A DNA stretch of 64,000 nt, taken from positions 2,102,727 through 2,166,726 of the forward strand of contig NMRA01000003.1 of the NCBI GenBank assembly GCA_002633005.1. The letters run 5' to 3'. Made by a program: the position numbers and the translations under genes. The notes under the pieces were generated by a model. It did not search any database. It saw only the letters and a list, made by a program, of their open reading frames with translations, and was not told the DNA's origin. Of this stretch, positions 12,013 through 25,051 are shown piece after piece. The DNA comes from Phoronis australis. Its lineage: Eukaryota > Animalia > Phoronida. Positions within the stretch are counted from its first letter, which is position 1, and every line of letters begins with the position of its first letter.

Positions 12013-14199
12013 GTAAGAACAATAAGTTGTTGAGAGCAACCAATGACTGACTTCAGAGAGCCCACGATGAGATCCACTTACTAACTGATTCTGTCTTAGG
12101 GACAATGAAATTTGAAAAATTGTCATAACAACGCCATTTTGCATCCGATATCACCCCAAAACAATGCATATCAAGCTTTTCACAACACGTTGTGAGTAAA
12201 TTATATGCAGATTGTACAAACAATGCGACCCGTAGCAGGCAGCAAGTAATCGTTACAGCGCCATCTCTGGTCCAATTCAATGCATCAAATAGGCATCGAG
12301 CTTTTAACAAGATGCGAGTTGTATATGTAAATTTCGTGTTGATCAGACAAAAAATGCGATCTGTAATGTGCACACAAACAAATAAATGAAACAAATAAAA
12401 ACTTCACAACAGAGCAACAGTGTTGGAGCCGAACTCTCATTTAGCCTTCTCCTGGTAATAATAGTACATTATTTGTAACACGATGTCGATACGTGACAGC
12501 ATCACTGTTTTATATTTGTCGCAGCATGTTAAATGCCAAAGTGAACAACAACAGATCAGCCAACTCAATAAATTTTCAAATAAGCAAGTAAAAATATTCA
12601 TCAAACTAAGAGTATTTTAAGACTGCACAGTAGCGTCCTCTTGGACAAGGAAAGAGGCTAGCTGAATAAATGAGTAACACACGAGTGTGTACTGTAGGTA
12701 GCCTGCAGTATGTACTTAATTAATACCTCCATCATTCATGTCTTCAATTATGGCTTTTTTTAGAGTTCCGTTTACAAGTGATGCCCTGATGTGGGCTGTC
12801 ATTCTCATCATTAATTGAGTGCAGTTCAGTTTGTTAGAATGAATGACGATCATGCCATATTTTGGTAACCTCATGCATAACATGCGTGCTATGAATCGTT
12901 CAGTTAACATGCAGGTGTATTCAGTACCAAGGTTGACTTGAAATTGACTGCAGATTTATGCTCAATTCATTTCTTCGGTGCCATGTTTTAATACCAAGTT
13001 CAATTTTCTTTTATGTTCGTAGCAATGACCTGTTTAGCTAAAATCAACAAATTTGAGTAATTCTATGTACTAAAATAATTGTGAGCAAATCATACTTATC
13101 TGCAGCCTTCTCCTGCTAGGATCACCATCACCATTTCCAATGACGCTGTGGGGTGGCCATTTTTCAAACTTTCCCTTGCTCCACTACGCGTTGAGGTTGT
13201 TTCTGAAATTTGTTACATAGACAGATAAACCGATGTCTTTAGTTGTTTGTTGCAAACTACGAAGATTTTTTAGAGTTTCTGACGAGTGTTCGTTTAATCA
13301 ATTATGAGGTTATTCATAAGGCTCAATCTTCAAATCATCATCGTTGTTGTAGTCATTTCCATTCTATTCCGACACCGGCACGTGGCTACGTGTTGTGATG
13401 GTCTTCTTAGGCTGCTTGTCCCATTGATATGGAATTAAATGTTATACAATTTATCTTGTCCATAGTTCTCGCAGCATCTGTTTTGCCAAGTGTCACTCTC
13501 TGACTCAAGTGCTTACACTACTCAGCAAAACTGTGCCAAGTATGTTGTTTAATATTGAAGTTTGTTTTTTTGTTTGTTATATGCATGCTACAGGTGGCAT
13601 TTCTCCTCCCATTGACATTATGCGTGGCATAATGTTTAACTTTTTTAATGTTTAACTTATGAAGAGCTCGAGACCTATTGGTCTGTGGTCAATACTGGAT
13701 ACAAAATGGCACTGTAATGGCCATTTTTAAAATGTTGTTGTGAAGCTCTGGTTCTATGCTCTTTTGAGGGATTTTGACGCTAGCTATCCATCATTTTTGG
13801 CACAAGCAGGGTAAATCAGCTAACTGTTCGCATACTTATACAGGAATTTATTCCTTGTGATACAAACACAGAGTGACTTATTTCTTGACATTTCAGCAGT
13901 CATTGACATTTGTAACACGCTTTAATTGTCTGGGGGGGGAGCAAGTTGTCCAAAGAGTAACTTGTACTTGTTCAAATTTCCACCATAAACATAGTAACTT
14001 TCATCATTCCAGAAAATTGACTCAAAACAGGATTGCACATTCGTAGAAAATGCGCTCATTAGTTCACCGATCATTGTAAGGAGTCTCTAAAGCACTGAGC
14101 ACTAAGTAAATTAATAACGAGCCTTTCAATTGTTTTTATCAATGTCATGTGTAATAGCTTATAATTATGCATTTCCTTGTGACGCAAATCTAATTACAG

Positions 14200-17100
14200 T
14201 AATGATGCAAGACTATAATTGACAGCTCTCATTCTTTTGCCGGATATGAACAAGAATTATTCAAAAATGAACAGCTAATCAAAATATAATTCTTCGTGAA
14301 GATATCCAGACACTGAAACAAATGTTTCATGTTAAGAAACAAGTCTAGCTACAGACAGAGAAAAATGATTACACCTCCATTGTTGCATTTCAGTTTAGAA
14401 TGGAGTCAAAAACACAAAAAGGCTTTCAAAAACTGTCAACAACTATATGAAATTTACGCTCACAGCATGATAACATATGTAATATTTTTCAGAAACAGAC
14501 CATTCAGAAAAAGTTGCGAGCCAGTCATGAATGCAATATCCATTAAAAAGGCAGTGTATGTGCAATGCGTTCCATGAAGCGCATTTTTAGTGCACTGTTT
14601 ATACTTAGTTGATACAAATCAATATTCGGAAAGACCCAATAAATGAAGTACCCAAATCCTGTGACATACCCTGTAATCTATCTTTTACATGTGACAGAGC
14701 AGTTGATTTGTTGGTTTAAGCCATCTTATTGGGTGCCACAACAGCCTTGTGTCTTTCAATAAAAGGATATGTCACCCCAGTACAAGTGCATGCGTACAAC
14801 ACGTATTTCTTTACACAAACGTGTTTCGACATTCTCCACAGTGAATACTAAAAAATCTTTACTTTAAAAGGTTTCTTGCAACACAGAAAAAGTAATGCTG
14901 AAGCTTACATTAAACATTAACTGGTTGGTTTTCACTTAATTTGCCATCACTGACATAAAAATACATATGCCTGTTAGTTTGAATGACTGCACACATCCTG
15001 CAGTCTATTTCCCACCTAAAATGATAAATGGTCAAGTAGATGTATATAATGATAATGATCAACACAGCTGTATTCATCAGTTTGATAGGGAGCTTGTTTT
15101 AGCATTGACTCCTTCATTAACAAAATGATTCACTCGATCGAATTAACACATGTTACAAGTATGTTGGACAGAAACCCCAACAGATGACGCCAGCAGATCT
15201 AGAAAGTTGCAAAGACATACACGCTTTTGAGTCATGTCCACATTGAGCAGGGGCTTGAATCATCTAAATCAGGAAATGGATGAGAAACATTTCAGAATAC
15301 TCAATTAAGCAAAAAAAAAGAATCGATGAACTTGTCAATGAAGACTTAATACATTAAAAATCTCACCAATTTTGGAACGCAATATATGCCGGACAAGTGC
15401 AGCAGAAGCACCAAATAATGCTTCATCAGTTTTAAGCTTTTTACCATAGCTACCATCAGATCAAAATTTGAAAAATTATGAATATTCACAACTACGTTGG
15501 AAGCTTTGGACATGAACCATAATGGATTCTGACAATTATTTTTGTCTAAGTGGGTGCAATTTTACCATAGTGGGGTGAGGACCATAAAAACCAGTAATGA
15601 CATTCAGATCAGACTGTAATAATACATTATAATATTCAGAACTCTTACTATAACTCACATCAAAAGAACGGAACCCTAATAAATAATAAGCAGACGACTT
15701 TGATATAACCTCCATCATAAATACTCTTATGAATGGCATTGAACACCATGCGGAGAACCTTTTGAACGTTTCCTATGGCTACTTAAGGGGACCATACAGG
15801 AATCCAGCCTTCATAAACTGTTCTTTAAAGGCCACAGCCCCATCAAAGTCTTTTCTCAAGGTTTTTACAAAAGCGGTACAATTAAAACCTGTCATTCTAG
15901 GGTGTGCAGATGAATGCCACATGAACTCTGCAAGAGCTCCGCAAGATATATATGGATCATTTAGAAGGCAAGACACAATTCCAGAGCCTAGATGCCTGCA
16001 ATGATCGAAAGCATGCATCAAGTTGTTCTCGGTCAGTGCCCATGCGATGCTATATGAATACCTTTCATAACGTACTCGTGAGGTAGATCTGTAATTCCTG
16101 AATTTATAGTGTTCTCACGAGTCAGTAAGGCAGACCTGTTCCTCACAAATTATTCGCACTGTAAGCTAGAAGTGAAAACATTAGACACGGTACCCAAAAG
16201 AAACAGGAAGACATCAACTCAAGCACATGTGATTCAGACGCAACCTTTTTGAAAAAAGATGGCATATTTATATACCCAACCAAATTTGTCAAAATTCATA
16301 TCTTTCTACTATGACCAGAGACACAAGGAATTTTCTATTGAAGATTCTGTATCAAAATACTACGTACTACTGTCATTCAACTGGGATGGACTTACAGGGT
16401 AAACCACTCTCCATTGTTTCGAGACTCAAGCAGAATCTTCTGATCACATCAGATCATATGAGTAGGGATAAATATATTGTCACAAACCGATACCATGTAA
16501 TTTGGAATGCACAATTTTTTTATTTACACTGGTTATCAATATGTAATTGGTCTCAAATTGTTCTTTAGTCAAATTAATATTTGGGCTTGGAAAGAACTGA
16601 CAGTTCATTATTGAAGGAGACGAGGCTCTACAAGTTGACTTGTCATGGTGTGTCATTTTTCATACAGGTCTTAAGCGATAATGAAGTCAATTCTTTCAAC
16701 TTCTTTAATAGACCTAAAACCCTTCTCAAACGGGTAAGGAAAAGTTGAGATCAATTTCATAGTGGTAAGTGGTCCAAATCAAAATTTGACTTCTTAGACA
16801 AACAGTGGGATTAATGCCACTTTAAAATCTTAATTGCTACAAAACCTCAAAGCTCACTTTTAAGAATGCTATGTTATCGATATTTTATTGTGAAATGCCT
16901 CTAAGATGCATGAATTGGTGCTATCAATTGCCTCGTACCTGATAATTATTGGGGCATTACAATCTCAAACATCTTTGAGGATAAGTTAGAAAATAGAGAT
17001 ATATGGCCTAAAAACTTTCAAAAAAGACTATCAGAGACACCTACTGACAGAAAACATGTTGACCAATGAGAACAGAGAATGGCATCTTGTGCATTGAAAC

Positions 17101-17240
17101 ATTCAGACAAATCAAACCTGACATTGCTGACAAGTTAGCAAGCAATTAGTTTAAAACAAAGACAGTATGGTGCCAACACATTATCTAAATCTTCACTCAG
17201 CACAGGATATATTCATACCCACCTGTCCAATATGATTTAA
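14200..17240 (+). pseudogene. Decayed ~1000-codon intronless ORF of unknown family
   Basis: Successive long stop-poor frames. 16604-17240 stays in one frame for ~210 codons with only ~6 internal stops (RLYKLTCHGVSFFIQVLSDNE...PDNYWGITISNIFEDKLENRDIWP). Confidence 0.5.
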
Positions 17241-17242
17241 GA

Positions 17243-18250
17243 CTAATTCATCACCAGCTTTCTACTGCAGTAATTGGAAACCATGTGTTCCTTTGCACTG
17301 CTGCAGTTGAAAGTGGCTGCAGTAAGTTTGCCTAATTCTCACCGAAACAGTTGTGACATGTGTTAAAACCTCCCTCACAGTCATAAGTTGGCCTCAAGGG
17401 TTGACCTTATAGCTGAAAAAGGGACAATAAACCTTTGCCTTGTCTTCGGTTCAGCAAAAACAAACTTGATTTATGTAACTTCGCTGTTCTTAAACCTTTT
17501 TCATTATTACTTGTTACTTGTCTTATTCCTTTCTCTGACAAGAAGTGGTTCATTTTTTAGATTTGAGAAAAGAATTGGTAGGTCCTTATTTCAGACTTGG
17601 CCCAGCTGTCCTTGTCACAGCAGGTTAGTGTTAATCAACAATGCAAAAAGCTGTAAGGGAAATTCCTGCTGATTTATTGTAACCTGAATTCAAACAAAGA
17701 GTAAGAATGCCATGACATTGATTTGTAAGATACAAATACCCTCCTAAATAAAGTGGGTGTTTATAGTAGCTAAGTAGCTCTGACTGATACTGATGGTGTA
17801 CAGCAATACCAGCACACACAATCCACATATTAACATAAAATAAGTTGATTTCTGGCCACACAGTACTTGGAAAGCATTTCAACATTCATGATAAGATTAA
17901 CTTTAACAAAAGGAATTATTCAACTACTTTAACATCCACAAATTTATTTTAACAAACAGTTGTGATTTACACTTAGGCTTGTCACAAGAGTCCATTTATT
18001 AAAATAGATGGACTCTTGTGACCAGTCTGCCTACAAGATTGACATTCAATGTTTTGTTATCCCATAGTGAGGTGTGAATGGGACATGCAAAAAAAGCCGC
18101 ACCTAGTTCTAGTACCTCACTTTCATTAACTACACTTTCTAATCTATGTAATATATTTTGTATCACAATAGCGCAGAAAAAATAAATGTGCGAAAAATGG
18201 TTCAATCAAAACGGAATGTTTCCTCGTCTAAAAGGATTTTAGACAATTTG
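17243..18250 (-). pseudogene. Decayed intronless ORF converging on the previous one
   Basis: Chained segments at 17999-18205, 17631-17885 and KFVFAEPKTRQRFIVPFSAIRSTLEAN...RKLVMN* ending at ~17243. Confidence 0.4.
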
Positions 18251-18464
18251 ACATGTTCACTAACTGTGGAAGCTATTTTGAAACCTTTTTAAGCAATTTT
18301 CATAAAACAGAAGTTCACAAAAATAATTGGTCAAATCAGATGTCATGCTGTAAAGAAGTTGCGCAATGCAGACAGTCTGAGTGCATGGCTCGTCAATTGC
18401 TGTACTTTTTAAGGCATTATGCCAATTTTTATTACGATTCTTAGAGTGATTGGGCGGAGGCAGA

Positions 18465-18800
18465 TGTCAAAAACCCAGAAATAAAAAAGTGGCCACTAGG
18501 CAGCATACATTATGTCAAATCCACCTGAAAACCAAAAGCTGTCAACGCTTCTTGTGTAGAAACTTAAAAAACTGTTAAGGAATTCCAAAAATACAAAGGA
18601 AAACAGAATAAACTAAAATTGCGGGGATACAGCGATAGTCAAATCCCAAATCCGTCTAAAAGTCATCTTCCGTTTTCACCTTCGTAAAAATAAACCTGTC
18701 AATTTTAACAAATATCTTGCAGAGGGTTTAGTAAAAGAAACAGTCATGGACGCAAAACAACTGCCACCAGGAGGTACCACAGCAGCTGGAGTCATCTGAA
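18465..18800 (+). mobile_element. Degenerate internal fragment of the HINE-like family
   Basis: gtggccactagg...gtcaaatccacctgaaaac and caaaacaactgccaccaggaggtaccac match units in 57678-58930. Confidence 0.6.
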
Positions 18801-19408
18801 AAGCATTTAATGTCAATGCAAAATAGTGATTAGCAGGGCAAAAGTGTACAAGCATGGGGATAAGTGACCTATAGATGGACAGCATTATGGGTATTACTGT
18901 GTCGTACCATGCCATCGCAACCATCCCTCAGTGATCAAATGGATGACTGCCACATATGCCTGGTGGAGGGTCTGAACAAAGCTCTAGCATACTTGGAACT
19001 TGCAAAGAAAATTTCCCTCTGAGTTGCTAACAATGACTGACATCCGAACCAGGACGGACTCCAAATCAAGTTAAGGAAAAGACAGAAAATCAAATCAAAT
19101 CATCAACTTAGCATTATTAAAACAACAAGTCTACTTTGCTTGATTCCATGTGTAAATCGACAAGCTACCAAAATAGAGCTGCTAACTCTATTAAAGGGAG
19201 TGCTTGACCTTTGCAAGCAAATACAGGACTTATTTGAGACAAAGTATTCTTAATATAGTAATACATGAATCATAGCACTGATTAGGGCCTTTCCCATTGC
19301 ATAGCTGAATGGGTTTTATGAAGATTATTGGTGGACTGACGATGGCAGTATGCTTCAATACAGGCGGACTGTGGAACCAAGCTCACAAGGTATTAAGTGA
19401 GGCAATAT

Positions 19409-20858
19409 CATGGGTGAGAAACAACATGACCGCCGGTCCTCTTAAATCGGACCAACTCACTCAAAACAGGACCTCCGGGGATGAAATGGCACCGTCACAC
19501 CAGAAAATGGGACTGACGCACCTAAAAACATGACCGCCCCACCAGAAAACAGGACTGCCAGGGACTGAACATGACCGCAGGGGATTGATACCGCAGTGAC
19601 AAACAAGCTAAGATTTATTATCGGTAGGCCTACACAGATCATACAATGGAGTTATATACGTATGCATATGCAGGTCTTGTGCCGATTACTCCAACGAAAT
19701 CTTTTGTGCGCTACAGGACACTTTGCTTTGTAAAACGCGGCGCTTTTGAGTTTTAACCACAAACCAACCACGTTGCACGCTTTTGAGCTAAATAATTATA
19801 ACTTTATCCACTGCGCAAGTTTTGGAACAAAATGAAAATCGTTTTCTCCAATGTGACGTTTTAGTCAAGAAAAAAACTTAGGACGGGCGTTCTGGTTCTC
19901 TGGTGAAGCATCCTTACTAGCCTTTGTGCGGCAAAGCAGTATACTAAATATACAGCTTAGTGCCGATGTGGGTAAAACACTGCACATATAAATTTTCACC
20001 GAATTAGTGTTATTAATGACACTCTTCCTAGAGTACACTAAATTATTTATCGGCACTCGCCGGGAAAATTTGTCATTCTGTCGTTATTCTGCTTGAGATG
20101 CGTTCTTTTAGGTCGGCTAACATTGACCAGTTCCTTTTTTCACCGATTCTTCAGTCAGCTCTTCTTCTCTTCTACGAGGTTGCGTACATGGCACAACAAA
20201 TTATCGGAACTGGTTTCATTTCGTCATAAGTTTTTAGTATTTCAATACCAGCAAACCAAATTTCAGAACAAATCGGTGTGATGCGAAGTTGAGTCATCAT
20301 CTTCCGAAAGATGTTGCAAAATTTTAGGAAATGGCGCGTGCTCATGTCACGAGCGCGACAAACTTTTCTTACAATGGGCAAACAAATGATTTTCATTAGA
20401 TTGTTTTTCACTCAAGCGGCTGCAACCTGCAAGGTGAGTGTTGATTAACTCCTAGATTTTGTATGCGCCTGCTCCACTCGCTAGCTCTACATGTTGATAT
20501 AAGTTTCACGTGACGAGGTGACGAGCAGAACTATACCCCGGCGGGCTGTGGGAAATTTTGGGGATGTAACGGAGCTCAATAACGCAGTGCTACCAAGTTT
20601 TATTTTGGCGAGTCTTTTCACAGCTAGCCGACCAATTATGTCGTAACCCGCAGTATCATACAAAAGCCTTGATAACTACATTTTGTCCGGCGGTCATGTT
20701 CAGTCCCCGGCGGTCCTGTTTTCTGGTGGAGCGGTCATGTTTTTAGGTGTGCCAGTCCCATTTTTTGGTGCGGCGGTCCCATTTGATCCCCGGAGGACCT
20801 GTTTTGGGTGAGTCAGTCCGATTTAGAGGGCCAGCGGTCATGTTGTTTCTCACCCGTG
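19409..20858. mobile_element. Non-autonomous DNA transposon with CA(C/T)GGGTG termini, ~170-bp TIRs and 5-bp TSD (Transib/RAG-like, Chapaev-related or hAT5)
   Basis: 19409-19578 is the reverse complement of 20690-20858, with periodic aaa(c/t)a(t/g)gacc subrepeats; AATAT flanks both sides (19404-19408, 20859-20863). Confidence 0.9.
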
Positions 20859-23800
20859 AATATGGTGTTGGTATTTAGGCCTACAGTATGTAGTGCCTCC
20901 TCTTGCCTCAAATCTTAGTGCAATTAACACAAAGCAAGGTAATGGTAATATTTAACCTCAAAAATAAACAATGTCATTGTTAATGGACAAGAATAAACAT
21001 TTTCTGCATGTTGTCCTGGTACATGTGCTGCAAAGTGTTCTGAGTCTAGTCACTACAGCCACAATCAAAATTCTGTTACTGGCATAAACATAACATTAAA
21101 ATAATCCCAATTAAGATAAAATAATTGCTGTTTGCTGACGGAAGTGTCAGATGTATTTAACACATCACACACTGCCTGTCTACTCCCCATTCAGCCATGA
21201 TGAATGTGCTACCACTCCCAACAGTCAGACCCCCAAGTGTAACAAGACAAATAGCCTGAGAGTTCAACAACAACTTGATGGCGCTGACACTGAAAATACT
21301 GGTAACTTCCATTAGATGGAGAACTCATAAATTTACTCAGTCTTGTTTTAATGAAGACAAAATGTTGTTTTATTCAAAACCGGGATGATAAACAATTAAG
21401 AGAAGTAATATATTATACGTTTATGATATTGGTGTTAAGTAATCACCCAGGCATACATCATGTTGCTGTAAAAACCCAATAGTGGTAGGAGACGGGTACT
21501 GAAACAACACTTTCATTCTAAAATGTCAAACAACTGTGGATGGAGACTTATGTTGAACACATACAGTTTCACATGCAAAACACTTTCCACTCTGTTGACG
21601 CTATGGGAGTCTACACTTCAATGACTTTAATTGTCCACTGACCTCAGTGCTGGGGAGGGAGGTCACTCTTTAACATGACAGTAGCATGCAAAGGTTTGGA
21701 GATACCCCGGCGATTCTTTTATTGGATGCCCCTCAACCTACTCATATGCAAGGAACATATTGCTAAGAGAAGTAAAATAGATGAAACATAAAATAAATGG
21801 AAACTATTCAAATTAACTACAAATCAGTTACCATTTCAGAATGTTTATAATAGTGGCTGGATGCCCCCAACCTCCCGATATGGATGCCCAGAGCCGTCGC
21901 CCCATTGGCCCCCCTTTCCGTAAAAAGCTTCTGTGTGTACCCCTATAGGACCTGCCACTGGCGCAACCTGTGCATAGAACACCACCAGATGCAGTTTCGC
22001 AAGACATGAACTCTTGATTCATTCCCTGCAAAGAAATTTCACAGTAGTGATGGATCATAATTTGGGGCTGAGCCAAGTGACAACTTTATAAGCCTAGAAT
22101 GCGGTTAAGACCATGACAGTGAATTGACTGAGTAGTCTACATGAATATTATGCATAGATAGTCATAACACTAAACAGTTGTTTTTGCCCTGCTATGCGGT
22201 TGTGTCTGTTCACGGTTTACCTGTGAACCATATCATTTCACATTCAGGGTCATCACTTAAGCAAGGAACATGGTTGCACCCTGTCAACATATCTATCAAT
22301 CATACACACCTACTTACATTGATTGATAGTACTATCAGCAAGTGGGATAACCTTATCATCATCCTTAAACATGTTAAATGCTTTGCTGACAACTCCTTTA
22401 TCCTTGTACAGTATTAAAGGCTAAAGAACAGTAATGTGTAAATAGGTAGGAAGTGACAGTCACATTTTAACCGCTCTAAACTGATATCAATTGTCAAAGG
22501 AGCGACCAAGTTAACAATGTCAACTAAGTGTAGTCATGACTATATTGAGAATCTGCTGGACAAAGTTCGTTACTTTGATAAAAGAAATCAATAAAAACTC
22601 ACAATAATATTCCATGATGAACGACCATATAGGGAGTACATCTCACCTACACATCAAAGATTCTGAAAAACAAATGTAAGGGTACAGTACATACAATTTA
22701 ATTTTGACGGTAAACCGGAGACCGCACAATTGAGTATGATATTTATGTAGATACCAAATTCAAAACCAGCTCAAAATGATTGCTAACACAATATTTCCTA
22801 CAATTAGCCAAATGCATCAAGAACATCGTTTGGATTGATTTTTGCTGTCAGTTCATCAACCACGTTTCAGAAATGATTGGCCATTTTCCACAATTTTCAT
22901 GCATCACAATTTGGGCGAGAGTAAGCCACAAAGAAAACTAAAACTCAGGACCACACCTGACTCCAGGGATTATCCGTTTCCCCCGAAGGAAACGTGCTCG
23001 GAAATGAAAGCACTCATTGAAGAGTTCTATTGGAACGGTACAGTAGCTATCTAGGAACTAACAAAATTAACTCTGCCCATGAACATCTCGGCAGAGCATG
23101 AAAAGCGGAAATACAATCATAAGTCATTGTTGTTTAACATTTGCACAAAGTTCCGCCAGAAATTGATACCGTTGTATAGCTAATTGCCATATCCTTGCCA
23201 CAAACGTTGAATTCGGTGCTTTTGTTCACATAAATTGATCCACCAATCCATCTCAGAAAAATAGTTTTTGTAGCACAGTACAAGTCTTTCGATTTTAACT
23301 GCAAAAAAGCAATAAGTTTAATGAAAATATTTGGCATAACTTCGAAAAACAACGCTGCCCACTGAAAGTTCCTCTTAAATTGTTTTAACTCCGTTTTTGT
23401 TTTCCGCATTTCTGGAGTGAAGTTCTGCTTATTTCTTCTTTTTTTTCTGTTAATCTGTCATCAATGACTTGAACAAAAATTATGCGCCGGTACTTCTCAT
23501 TTAAATCTTTTTGAATTATTTGTCGAGCATAAAAATTAAGAAAGTGCCCATTATTTGCAGCAAGACAACCAACCGAAATTTAGGAAAAGAAAAGTTTAGC
23601 AATAACCTTTGTGCAAAAGAAGTGGAGTATAACTGTACAAGTAACATAGTCACCAATGATAGGAAATCTTGAACATGCTTTCTAAATGATTAAATCTTCT
23701 CATTTATTTCGAAATAGCACCCAATTTTCAGGAAAATGGTTATCAAGAGCTTTAAATATGAGGCATGTTTACAGCAAACCTTTTAATACCAACTTTTGCA

Positions 23801-24816
23801 CTTGGACAAAACTTTGATAACATTACCTGCCTGCAGAACAGAGGACCAGATATTACAAGTAAAAAATAGCAACGACCATCACTGGTGTCATACCGTTATT
23901 TATTGAGCCTCAGTCCAGGTGTGAAAAATAACAATTCCAAAATGTCAATATTATCATCATACAAGCATAATAAATTGAAGTGCCGTTTTTGGCGACTGAA
24001 ATATCTAGCATGCTTTATCACTTCCAAAGGCAACTGCTAGCTTTGAACCAATGATTAGAAAGTCTATCGGAATGATAATCGGATTAACTTTCAACACCTG
24101 CAGTTACAAAACTTTATATTGATATAAAAAACAATAAACGGAATTTGTTCAGATTTCAACGCAAGGCAGTGACCTGCCCTAAGTAATAAAGGGCAACATT
24201 ATCTTTAAAAGCATTTTTGGTCACTTTGGTACATTTTCCCTTAATATGGTATTTTGAACCTCCTCATTGAATTTCCATAAAAGCAAAAGTAACTTAAACG
24301 ATTCTCCAAACTTGAAGTGTAACGTTTAAGTCGCATTATGTAAACAATGCTTTTTCATTACCTGTCATTGACATCACAGCCCAAGTCAAACAGCAAATTC
24401 AGATACAGTACCATACGTACCTAGGCGAGACCCAAGACAGAGAGCACAGTTATTAGAAAGGAAAAGAGAGACAACACACCTCACTTGAACCGACCAACAT
24501 TGTTGGAACTTCCTCACCACATCACTCTTCCCGTTTGAGGAGTTATTTTGTCATAAAAATCAGAAAAAAATGTTCAAAATATTATTTTAGTAATCCTATA
24601 AGGTAGCGTTCCCTTTTAAAATTCAATGACTGCAATCCACCTATGGAAGAATTACTTTTACAAGAACTATAAGTTTACACACCAAACTAAAGCAACTGTG
24701 TGGGCAAATGTAAATCCAAGAGAATGCGTGCGAATTAAACTCTTTCAAGTCTTCACCAAGGAGAAGATCGGTGAGTGATTAATACGCTTTTCTACTTGCC
24801 TTGTTGTTGTGTAATA

Positions 24817-25051
24817 CAAGCGCGCACCCTGGGAGGCTCAGGGGCTCCAACGAGCCTCCCCCATTTGGCAAAGTGGGCAAAAATGTCCGCCTCAGAGAAA
24901 CAAAAACTCCAAAAAGGTAGAAAATCAAACAAAAGTCCATTAAAAAGGCAAGAACTATCAAAATTCGGCGAATATGTACCCCGTGAATCTTAGTAAATGG
25001 TCCACATTCTCAAAATTCGAGCCCCCATGTTTTAGGCTGGGTGCGCGCATG
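24817..25051. mobile_element. Short hAT-like MITE with 5-bp TSD
   Basis: caagcgcgcaccc ... gggtgcgcgcatg; TAATA on both flanks. Confidence 0.75.

Noticed and set aside
18900-18935. Minus-strand LRDGCDGM resembling the RAG1/Transib first catalytic Asp motif
   Set aside because: Short, bracketed by stops, outside the CAC element's TIRs, lacks following RAG1-core motifs, and the local coding signal is on the plus strand
19409-19470. RSS 12/23 heptamer-nonamer structure in the TIR
   Set aside because: Only CAC matches; no nonamer at 12 or 23 bp, and the two TIRs are symmetric
19409-19580. CRISPR-like repeat-spacer periodicity here and in the HINE units
   Set aside because: Eukaryotic context; units are degenerate transposon subrepeats mirrored in an inverted partner or other copies; no unique spacers or cas genes
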